Below, in pieces: positions 15,187 through 32,177 of a DNA stretch of 64,000 bases. Both the position numbers and the translations under genes were made by a program. Source of the DNA: the human T2T-CHM13v2.0 reference genome, Homo sapiens; the NCBI RefSeq assembly GCF_009914755.1, contig NC_060943.1. One strand, given 5' to 3'. The notes under the pieces were generated by a model. The model searched no databases, was not told where the DNA came from, and saw only the letters and a list, made by a program, of their open reading frames with translations. Every line of letters begins with the position of its first letter. Within the stretch, counting starts at the first letter, position 1.

Positions 15187-16349
15187 TATTTCTAAGTAAT
15201 ACAGATTACTAAGAAATAGTATAGTGTATATACATGACTTAAAAATAAAAATAACTAAGCAGATGAAAGAGCTCTGCAAGGAAAACTATAAAATACTGAC
15301 AAAAGAAACTGAAGAGGTCACAAAAAAAAATAGAAAGACATTCCATGTTGGAAGGAACATTATTCCAACATTAGTTGGAGGAACTAATATTGTGAAAATG
15401 ACTCAGCTACCAAGAACATTCTACAGATTTAATGCAATCTCTGCCAAAATACCAGTGACATTCTCTAGAGAAATAGAAAAAAACAGATTCTAAAATTTAT
15501 ATGATATCATAGAACACTACACAGAGTTGAAGCAATCCTGAGTGAAAAGAAGAAATCTGGAAGAATCACACTATCTGACTTCAAATTATACTACAAAGCT
15601 ATAGTAATCAGAACAGTATGATACTGGCATAAAGAGAGACCAATGGAAAAAGACCAATGGAACAGAACATAGAACCCAGAAATAAATCCATGAATTTACA
15701 CCCAGCTGAATTTCAACAAAGTTGCCAAGAATATTCAATGGGGAAAGGACAATCTCTTCAATAAATGATGGTGAAAGAACTGAATGTGTACCTGCAGAAA
15801 ATGAAACTAGATGCTTATCTCTTACCATATTCAAAAATCAAACCAAAATGGATAAAAGACTTAAATGCAAGACCTGAAACTATGAATTACTCGAAGAAAA
15901 CATTGGGGAAATGCTTAAGGAAACTGATACGGGCAAGAAGTTTTTTGATAAGAACTCAACAGCATAGGCAACAAAGGTAAAATGGTGAAATGGGATTAAA
16001 TCCAACAAAAAAGCTTCTTCAGAGCAAAGAAATCAATCAACAAAGTGAAGAGACAACCTACAGAATGAGAAGAAAAATTTGCACGTTTTCAGTCTGACAA
16101 AGGATTGGTAATCAGACCATATGAGGAACTCAGACAACTAATAGCAAAGGAAACCCAAAAATAATTCGAGTAAAAATGGGCAAATGATCTGAATAGACAT
16201 TCCTCAAAAGAAGACATACCAATAGGTATATGAAGAGTTGCTCAACATTACTAACCATCTGGGAAATGGGAATCAAAACCACAGTGAGATAACATCTCAC
16301 CCCCATTGAAATGGGGATTATAGAAAAGACAGTTTATTTATTTTTTTCC

Positions 16350-19300
16350 TGAGATGGTGGATTGGAGGGATTGTTAGCATGCTTCTCCCACTTGGAAGAC
16401 AAAATAGTGTGTAAAGATTCACACTGTGAAGTTTTTTCCAAGAAGTGACACAGGAACTTAACAGGAAAACTGAAAGAAACCACCCTTTGAAAGAAGCATC
16501 AGGCTGCAGCCTACACCACGAGCCAGGTGGACAACTGTAAGTCCCCAGAGTGTGAGAGAGGGTAAAGTGCCTCCAGGATATACAGTCCCACCGGGGAACC
16601 TGGTAATCCAGGCCACAGGGAAGGTCTTAATCTTTCCTTGTGGCAGGCCAACTGGGTGGCTGGGTCTTAATCCTTCTGAGTACTGGAGCTGACTTAGTAA
16701 GTGGTGGGAGTATATGAGAAGTGGCATCAGGGCAGGCATTCCCAGTCTCTGGCATTCCCAGTCTCCAGCAGGACAAAGGGAAGCCATTCCTGATCCTACC
16801 TCACAGGGGACCTCATGGGCGTCTGCCAGCTAACACAGGTGGTGGTCACAGGTTGAGAGAAACTCCCAACTGAGATTCACAATATAATCTCAAGTAGGGA
16901 TAACTCCCCCGTGGTCAGACCAAGAGGCAAGTGGGAAGTGAGCTGCAGCAACCAGCACAGGAGCTTGGTGTTCCTGCTTAATGGGCAAACCTGGAGAGGT
17001 GTGGCCTGAAAGCTGCAGATACTGGCTCAGCATTGGACTTTTGTGTCCCTGCTTAATGGGCAAACCTGGAGAGGTGTGGCCTGAAAGCTGCAGATACTGG
17101 CTCCTCAGGGAAGGCGTATGGCCTGGGGCACATTTGAATTCTGAGCACAGACTGCCTGGAACCTAGCTAGCTGCTGCTAGTGGAACACTGTGGGTGCAAG
17201 ACCTGTCTTGCCAAGAGTGTAGGAGCTGGGTGTGGCTTATTGCCACCTGCTACTCCCCATTCCCCATACAGACTCTTCTGTGAAGCAGAGGCAGCTGTGC
17301 TCCTCCCTGGACATTATTCCTGCAACCAGAGAACCACTCTCTGATCCCCAGTGGGGCTACTGCTTTTGTCCAGAGGTGGAGAGCCAGAGTGCGGACTTGC
17401 CTGATTGAGCTCTCACTTGGCTTTGCCCCTCCACCTGCCCTGATATATTAATACGTAGGGCAGAAATTTTTGGGAGCCCTATGGCCCCCCCGCCCGGCCC
17501 GCCACTGCCTGAGACGCGAGAGTACCTCCTCTGGGTAACATAAGACAGACACAAATTCCACTGCTACCACCACAGCTGGTGTTATTTTGCAAGCGCCACC
17601 TCCTGGCTGTGGGCCAATTGACAGAGTCCATTATAGTATCTGCTTGCAAGCACAATAACAGCCAGCAGGAAGGAGAAAACTTGTGCATGACCTCAGCTAT
17701 CACTATTGCCTGCATCCATCTGGTTAATCAGGAAGTTCTGAGTCTGTCCACATGACCAGTTTGTTAGTACCACAGCTGGCATTTGAGAAAGCCAACACAC
17801 TAAGGCTACTTATAACTGAGCAATCTCACAGAATCTACATCACTCCCCTTCTTCCCCCATCAGAGCTGGGGCTGGTACCACTGCTGGGGGTTTTGAGGAT
17901 CCGTTACTTGATTGGCCCCTTGCAGATATTCTCCAGCACCAGCATAAATTGTGGCAGCCCCACTGGGTGGCTAGACCAAGAGGAGCCGCAGCCCTCATAG
18001 TAGTCTGGCTCTCTGAGACTCCTACTTCTAGGGGGAAGGGGAGTGCACCGTATCAATGGAGCACACCATGGGACAAAAGATTCCAGATGGTAGACCTTGA
18101 GTCCCACTTTCCGCATATGAGAAGTTGCTTTTCTTTTTCTTTTTCTTTTTTTTTGAGACAGACTTTCGCTCTGTCCCCCAGGCTGGAGTGCAGTGGCGCA
18201 ATCTCGGCTCACTGCACCTGGGTTCAGGCAATTCTCCTGCCTCAGCTTGCTGAGTAGCTGGGGTTACAGGCGCCTGCCACCGTGCCCAGCTAACTTCTTG
18301 TATTTTTAGTAGAGATGAGGATTTGCCATCTTGGCCGGCTAGTTTTCAACTCGTGATCCACTCGCCTCAGCCTCCCAAAGTGTTGGGATTACAGGCTTGA
18401 GCCGCTGTGCCTGGCAAGAAGTTTCTTTCAGCAGAGGCATAGGTGCAGTGCTGGGTTCAGTGGCGGAAATGTCTGCAGATCTACTTCAACAGTCAGGCAC
18501 TTCTGGGGATCAATGAAGGGTCTTAGAGAAGGGGACTTTTTCTTCCCCTTGTCCACTACTGCAGACACAGCTGCAGCTTCTCCCATGACAGCTTGGCATG
18601 GCTACACATGTAGACATTCATTCTCTCTGGAATAGTTCAGAGTGACTGCATTCTATAGGAGGAGCACTCTCCAGGTTCAGGCTTGCATGAGTGGCAGAGC
18701 CCCAGTCCCTCTCTACAGGGAATATCAGCATTCCTGCAAATGAAAAGAGGTGCCTATCTGATCTGACTAGTCAGATCACTGGGTCAGGAGTGTATCTGGG
18801 AGGTGGGTAGGTTTCCTGCTGTCCTGGCAGGGGAGCTGAGGAGGCTCCCTCCCTTCCCCTTGAAAAGACCTCCATGTGTTTCCCTGAGAGCTCCCCCAAC
18901 CACATCTGTCAAGGATGGCACCTTTGCCCCCCACTGGGAACTGCATTGACCAAACTGCTTTAACCACAGCTGGTTTTTATTCATGGATACCTCCCTTGAG
19001 CCTTGAGTGGCCTAAAGCCTGAACTGTTCATCCAGGTAAAAAAAAAAAGGTTGGGGGGATATAAATAAATAAATAAATAAATGCATACTACTGGGGAATG
19101 AGATAAGCTTCAAGAGACCTCTGCCCTTCCAACACCAACAGAAACAGTGAACCTGCCCTCACACTGAGCACATTGCTACTACAACTAGCATCTGAGAAAG
19201 CCACCATACAAAGACTCCGTATAACCAAGGAACTCATACAGAGTCTGCACCCACGAAAGCACCCAGAGCCATAGGTTACAATAAACTCTAAACATCAAAG

Positions 19301-20341
19301 TCACATCCTCAAAGGGAAAAAAGATCTAAGAAACATCACAATTAATCAAAAATAAGTTCAAAAATAATTAGAAGAAGCAGTCTAACCAGGTGAGTGGAAA
19401 TCAGAAAAATAATTCTGGCAATATGACAAAACAGGGTTCTATAACAACCATTAGCTCTCCAGCAATAGATCCAAACCAAGAAGAAATCTTTGAAATACCA
19501 GATAAAGAATTCAAAAGATTAATTATTAAGTTACTCAAGGAGATACAAGGGAGAACTGAAAACCAGCATAAATAAATTTAAAAATTAATTCAGGATATAA
19601 ATAAAACTTTTCTAAAGAAATAGCTATTTTAAAGAAAAATCAATCAGAAATTCTAGAAATGAAAGACACATTTAGAGACTTACAAAATGCAGGGGAAAGT
19701 TTTGAAAGTAGGCTTGACCAAGTCGAAGAAAGAATTTCAGAGCTCAAAGACAAGGCTTTGAGTTAAACCAATTAGACAAAAATAAAGAAAAAAGAACTAA
19801 CTTTTTTCTTTCTTTTTCTTAAAAAAAGAAAAGAAATGGAAAGTGTACCCAAGAAATACAAGATTATCTATAATGGCCAAATATAAGTATCACTGATGTT
19901 CCTGAGGAAGAAGATAAACAAAAAGTTTGGAAAACTTAGTTTAGGGAATAACTGAGGAAAACTTTCCTGGTCTTGTTAGAGATTTAGATATCTAAATATA
20001 ATAGGCTCAAAGAACTCCTGGGGAATTATTTGCAAAAAGGACATGACCAAGGCACATAGTCATTAGGATATCTAAAGACAACATCATAGGAAGAATGCTA
20101 AGAGCAGTGAGGAAAAGCATCAGGTACCTATAAAGGAAAACCTATCAGACTAACAAGACTTCTCAGCAGAGACTTTATGAGCCAGAAGGAATTAGGGTCC
20201 TATCATTAGCTACCTTGTACAGAAAAAACTGTCAGCCAGGAATTTTGTATCCAACAAAACTAAGTAAAAACAGAAGGAGAAATAACATCTTTTTCAGACA
20301 AGAAATGCTAAGGGAATTTGTCCTAATAGACCAGTCCTACA
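16350..20341 (+). mobile_element. Old primate L1 5'UTR plus degenerate ORF1, truncated at the ORF1 end
   Basis: ORF1 fragment 19390-19575 (EIPDKEFKRLIIKLLKE); long GC-rich 5'UTR; no contiguous ORF2 follows. Confidence 0.8.
18130..18415 (-). mobile_element. Alu (S/Y-like) nested in L1 5'UTR
   Basis: Antisense Alu with T-tract. Confidence 0.88.
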
Positions 20342-20534
20342 CCAGCTAAAACCTGTTTTGCTAAACTACATTTATGCACAACGAGCACAGAGATAAACTA
20401 AACCAAAAAAAAGTATGAATGAAACCACTGGGATCCTTCTATCCCCACCACCAATGATTGCTAATTACTAATTGCTAAGAGGATTTCTTTTTTTTTTTTC
20501 TATTACCAAAATATCCATTTGGGTTTATTCAAAT

Positions 20535-24903
<4,369 letters not shown>

Positions 24904-25809
24904 GTTTTCATTGTGATTTCACTGAATCTATAGATTTAGTTGGGAAGAACTGACATCCTGACAATATTGAGTTTTTTGTCTTACAAGAAATGTTCAAGGG
25001 AGTCCTGCATCTGGAAGTGAAAAGAAGATCATTACCATCATGACAACATGGAAAAGTATAAAATCCACTGGCAAAGCAGATACACTTAAGAGAAAAGAAT
25101 CAAACCTTATTACTATAGAAAACTACCAAAACCACAATCATAAACAATAAGAGAAGAAGAGAGGAATAAAAGATATACAAAACAACTAGCAAACAATGAA
25201 TAAAATGACAGAAGAAGGTTCTTACCTATAATAACTTTGAATGTAAACAGATTAAATCCCCCACTTCAAATATATAGACTGGCTGAATGGATTTTTTAAA
25301 TGACCCAACTATGTACTTCCTACAAGAAATTCACTTTACCTATCCAGAAACATACAGACTGAAAGTGAAGGGATGGAAAAAGACATTTTACCCAAGTGGA
25401 AACCAAAAGCAAATAGGAGTGGCTATGTTTATATCAGATAAAAATAAAACAGACAAGGGATAAATTCAGCAAGAGCATATAACAATAGTAACTCTATATG
25501 CTCCCAACACTGGAACACCTAAATATAGAAAATAAATATTTTTAAATCTAAAAGGAGAGATAGACTCCAATACAATAATAATTGTGGACTTCAATAAGCC
25601 ACTCTCAACATTGGACAGGTCATCTAGACAGAAAGTCAACAAAGATACATTGTATTTAAATTTAATTTCACTTTAGACCAAATAGACTTAATAGACATTG
25701 ACAGAATGGTTTGTGCAACAGCTGCAGAATACACTTTTTTTCCATTAGCACATGTAGCCCACACATTGGGCTACAAAGGAAGTCTCAAGAAATTTAAATG
25801 TACTGATAT

Positions 25810-26035
25810 CAGAGATCGAGACCATCCTGGCTAACACACAGTGAAACCCCGTCTCTACTAAAAATACAAAAAAATTAGCCAGGTGTGGTGGCAGGTGTCT
25901 GTAGTCCCAGCCACTTGGGAGGCTGAGGCAGGAGAATGGCCTGAACTGAGGAGTCAGAGCTTGCAGTGAGCCAAGATTGAGCCACCGTACTCCAGCCTGG
26001 GTGACAGAGAGAGACTCCGTCCCAAAAAAAAAAAA
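25810..26035 (+). mobile_element. 5'-truncated AluY
   Basis: Starts at GAGATCGAGACCATCCTGGCTAACAC; flanked by GTACTGATATCA repeats (TSD). Confidence 0.85.
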
Positions 26036-27528
26036 GTACTGATATCACGTTAAGTATACTTTCTGCTGGCAAGGAAATAAACCTAGAAATCTGTAACAAA
26101 AATAACTTTCAAAATTGTACAAATACATGAAAGTTAACAACATGCTCCCAAACAACTAATGAATAAATAAAATATTAGGAAGTACATTTAAAATTTGTTG
26201 GATTAAATTAAAGTATAAGCACAATATATCAAAAGCTATGAGATACAGCAAAAGCAGTATTAAGAAGGAAGTGTATAGCAATAAACACCTACATCAAAAA
26301 AGTAGAAAGATTTCAAATAAACAATCTAATAATGCACCTCAAAGAACTAGAAGAGCAAAAGCAAACCAAACTGAAAATTAGTAGAAAAAATGAAGTAATA
26401 AAGATTAGAACAAAAATAAATGAAATTGAAAGTAAAAAATAAAATACAAAAGATCAATAAAACAAAGAGTTGGGTTTAGCTAGACCAAGTGAGAACAAAA
26501 CATTTAGCTAGACCAAGTGAGAACAAAAAGACTCAAATAAATGAAATCAGGAATGAAAAAGGAGGAGACACAACAGAAAATCTAAACAGGCTAATTACAA
26601 GTAATGAAATATAATCAGTAATAAAAACTCTCTCATCAAAGAAAAGCCCAGGACCTGATGGCTTTAAAGATGAATTCTACCAAACATTAAAAAAAAAAAG
26701 ACTCAATACCAATTCTTCTCAAACTATTCCAAACATCAAAGAAGAAGGAATTCTTCTTAACTCATTCTATGAAGCCGGCATTACCCTTATACCAAAACCA
26801 GAATGGGATGCAAGAAGAAAAGAAAACCACAGACCAGTATCTCTGGTCAATAGAGGTGCCAAAATTCTCAGTTACATACTAGCAAACTAAATCCATCAGC
26901 ACGCTACAAAGATAATTTACTATGATCAATTGAGCTTTATCCCAGGGATGAAGGATGTTTTGATACATTCAAATAAAAAATGACATAACATCATATTTAT
27001 TGAAGAGCAACAGAGTGAATAGCAAAAATCATATGATCATCTCAATAAATGTAGGTAAAGCATTTGATAACATTCAAAATTTCTTCATGATAAAAAGCAC
27101 TCAACAAAGTAAGTATAGAAAAAGCATACATAACAAAATAAAGGATAGGCATGACAAATCCACAGCCACTATCACACAAAATGGGCACTGAAAGTTTTCC
27201 TCTAAGAACGGGAACAAGAGAAGTATGTCCAGTTCCACCACTTTTATTGAACATAGTGCTGGAAGTCTTAGCCACAGAGATCAGGCAAGAGAAAGAAAAG
27301 AGTGGGCAAGGATGTCAAATTTTCCCTGTTTGAAGATGACATAATATGTGCATAGAAAACCCTAAGTGCTCCACCAAAAGTCTCTTAGAACTAGTAAACC
27401 AATTCAGGAAAGCAGCAGGATTCCAAATCAACCTACAAAATCACTAGTGTTTCCATACACAAATGATGAGCTAGCAGAAAAAGAAAGAAACCAATGCCAT
27501 TTACATTAGGTAGATATGTATATGTGTT

Positions 27529-27568
<40 letters not shown>

Positions 27569-28154
27569 AAATTTCTTAATAAATTTAACCAAGTAGTTGA
27601 AAGATCTCTGCAAGAAATACTATAAAACACTGATGAACGAAATGGAAAAGGTCACCAAAAAATGGAACATCATCTCCTGTTCATGAATTGGAAGAAATAA
27701 TATTGTGAAAATGACTCTACTACTAAAAGCAATATATAGAGAGAATGCAATTCCTATGAAAATACCAATGAGATTTTTCACAAAATTTCAAAAAATTCTA
27801 AAATTTATGTGGAATCACAGAAGACTCCAAATAGCAAAATCCGTCCTGAGGAAAAAGAACTTAGACGGAGATATTACACTACCAACTTCAAATTATACTA
27901 CAATGCTGTAGTAACCAAAAACTTATAGTACTGGTATAAAAAGAGATGCATAGATCAATGGAACAGAACAGAGAATCCAGAAATACATTCATGAATTTAG
28001 AGCCAACTAATTTTTGACAAAGGTGCAAAGACCATTCAGTTAGAAAAAAACAGTTTCTTCAATAAGTCGTGCTGAAAAAACTGGATCTTCATATTTAGAA
28101 GAATGAAACTAGACCCCTATCTCTCACCCTATTCAAAAATCAAATCATGATGGA

Positions 28155-28756
28155 TGTATTAGTCAGGGTTCTCTAGAGGGACAGAACTAATAGGATAGAT
28201 GTATGAATCCCACTCCTGGTACCAAAATCTGTATTAGTCAGGGTTCTCTAGAGGGACAGAACTAATAGGATAGATGTGTGAACCCCATTTCTGGTGCCAA
28301 AATCTGTATTAGTCAGTGTTCTTTAGAGGGACAGTACTAGTAGGATAGATGTATGCATAAAGGGGAGTTTATTAAGGATTATTGACTCACACGATCTCAA
28401 GGTGAGGTCCCACAGTAGGCCATCTGAAAGCTGAGGAGCAGGGAAGCCAGCCCGAGTCCCAGAGCTGAAGAACTTGGAGTTTGATATTCAAGGGCAGGAA
28501 GGATCCAGCAATGGAGAAAGATGTAGGCTGGGAGGCTAAGCCAGTCTAGTCTGTTCACATTTTTCTGCCTGCTTTTATTCTGGCTGCACTGACAGCTGAT
28601 TAGATTGTGCCCACCCAGATTGAGGGTGGGTCTGCCTTTCCCAGTCCACTGACTCAAATGTTAATCTCCTTTGACAACACCCTCACAGACACACCCAGGA
28701 ACAATACTTTGCATCCTTCAATCCAGTCAAGTTGACACTCAATATTAACAATCACA
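28155..28756 (-). mobile_element. MLT2A (HERV-L) LTR with tandem U5/PBS extension
   Basis: Minus strand begins TGTGATTGTTAATATTGAGTGTCAACTTG and ends ...CTAATACA; 5-bp TSD ATGGA/ATAGA. Confidence 0.88.
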
Positions 28757-29047
28757 ATAGATTACAGACTTAAATGCAAGACATGACACTTTGAACTAGT
28801 AGAAGAAAATATTTGGGAAATACTTCAGAACATTGGTCTGGGCAAAGATTTTTTGGGTAAGACCTCAAAAGCACAGGCAACAAAAACAAATAGACAAATG
28901 TGATCATATGAATCTAAAAAGCTTCTGCACAAGAAAGAAACAAATCAACAAAGTGAAGAGACAACCTACAGAATGAGAAAAAATATTTGCAAATTATCCA
29001 TCTGACAAGGGATTAGTAACTGGAATATATAAAGAACTTTACTCAAT

Positions 29048-29096
<49 letters not shown>

Positions 29097-29941
29097 AAAA
29101 TCATCCTATTAAAAAAATTAGGCAAACTATCTGAATAGACATTTCTCAAAAGAGGAGATACAAATGGCAAATAGATACATTAAAAAATGCTCAACATCAC
29201 TAATCATCCAGGAAATGCAAGTCAAAACCATGGTAAGATATCATCTCACTGCTGCTAACATGTGTAATTCTTTTTATACATTGTTGGATTCGATTTGATA
29301 TTTTGTTGAGGATTTTGCATCTAGGTTTGTGAGCAATATTAATCTGTATAATTTTTTGTTTCTTAATTTCTTCTTTTTTTTCTTCTTTCTCTTTTCTTTG
29401 ATTTCTTGTAATGTCTCTGTCTGTATGTGGCATTAGGGTACCGCTGGCCTCATAAAATGAGTTACAGAATATTCCCCCTGCTTCTGTCTTTCAAAAGACA
29501 CAGAAGAAAATTGGTATAATTTCTTCCTTAAATGTTTGGTAGGATTCATCAGTGAGCCAACTGGGGTCTTGGCTTTCTGTTTTGGAAGGTTATTAATGAT
29601 TGTTTAATAGATATAGGCCTATTTGGATTATCTACTAGCACTTTCCTTTTCTTCCTTTCTTTCCCCTTCTCATATCTTTTGGATAGATGGAAGGTGAATG
29701 ATGGTATATAAATGTGATTCAAAATTATGTAGCTGATAAAAATTGTAACATTGATAGAGAAATATAGGCCCTATATGCATTATTTAAATACCTATATAAT
29801 AAGCATAAAACATGTTTATGCAGTAAGTACAAAGATTAAAGGACAATATGAAAAGTGTAGTTAGGTGAATCTTACAAGTTATTTAGAGAATGTGGAAGGC
29901 TAGTTAAACAGAGTGACATACAGAAAAGAAGACTAGTATTA

Positions 29942-31159
<1,218 letters not shown>

Positions 31160-31161
31160 AC

Positions 31162-31305
31162 TGGCTGGGTATGGTGGCTCATGCCTGTAATCCCAGCATT
31201 TTGAGAGGCCAAGGCGGGAGAATAGGTTGAGGTCTGGAGTTTAAGACCAGCCTGGGCAACAAAGCAAGACTGTATCTTTAAAAAGAAAACAAACAAACAA
31301 ACAAA
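31162..31305 (+). mobile_element. Alu monomer (FLAM/left arm)
   Basis: GGCTGGGTATGGTGGCTCATGCCTGTAATCCCAGC with (AAAC)n tail. Confidence 0.8.
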
Positions 31306-32177
31306 AAGGAAATACCTGAGACAGGATAATTTATAAAGAAAAGAGGTTTAATTGAATCATGACTCTGTAGGCTGTACGGGAAACATAGTGGCATCTGGTT
31401 CTGAGGAGCCCTCAGGGAGCTCTGACTCATGTTAGAAGGCAAAGCAGGAGCAGGCACATCACATGGCATAAGCAGGAGCTAGAGAGCAGGGGCAGGTGCA
31501 ACACACTTTTAAATGACCAGATCTTGTAAGAACTCACTAACCCGAAGGCTGCACCAAGCCATGAGGGATCTGCCCCCATGATCCAAACACCTCCCACCAG
31601 GCACCACATGTAGCACTGGGGATTACAATTCAACATGAGATTTGGGCAGGGACACAGACCCAAACCATATCAACCTCTAATGCCAGTAGAACCACTGACT
31701 AGCTTCAGGATCTCAAGAAAGGATTTTAAAGCTCAAATAGTCCCAGCACTGTAATAATTACAGGAGAAAATGTAACTACAATGTTTGGAAGTAGCGTCTA
31801 CTCAATAATTGTGGTTCTCTGTTCTTGTCCAATCCTATGTTTAATATAAAAACTCAACTAAAGGTAAGTAAAAGCACTGGGGAATGACCTTGCCATGTGG
31901 TATTAAGGAGAAGATTCTCAAGCACAACTGCCTCAGTTGAAATTACCAAATCTGCATATAGAAGGAAGATGTGAGATTTTTTATTCAAAGTTAACTAGAA
32001 ACCCAGCATGAGGCAGATGGCTGGGAGCAGTCCAGGGAGTGTCCAAGATCTGACACAGAAAATCATGTTCGGAGGGGAGGCTTGTTGCTCATTCCCTTTT
32101 GTGTCCAGCTGCCTGGGTTCCCTTCTCCACCGTTTTATTTGATAATAAGCTATCTGGAGAACTTGCTGAGCCCAGTG

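Larger units (their letters stand above)
13440..16330. mobile_element. Fragmented old L1 (antisense L1M to ~13760, then sense L1MA-like pieces) with nested MER1 and Alu
   Basis: Degenerate ORF2 translations (15224-15493, 15765-15980) and an EN-domain fragment at 14050-14340. Confidence 0.75.
24980..29256 (+). mobile_element. Old L1 (L1MA-like) ORF1 end and ORF2, with nested AluY fragment, (TG)n and MLT2
   Basis: Degenerate ORF2 fragments 27000-27911; A-tract at 29051-29094. Confidence 0.8.

Noticed and set aside
26475-26528. 26-bp tandem duplication (also a 24-bp one at ~60068-60117)
   Set aside because: Ordinary slippage duplications with no functional hint.
28155-28330. Repeat-spacer-repeat pattern superficially like a CRISPR array
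   Set aside because: Eukaryotic LTR U5 repeats with near-identical tRNA-derived spacers; no cas genes.
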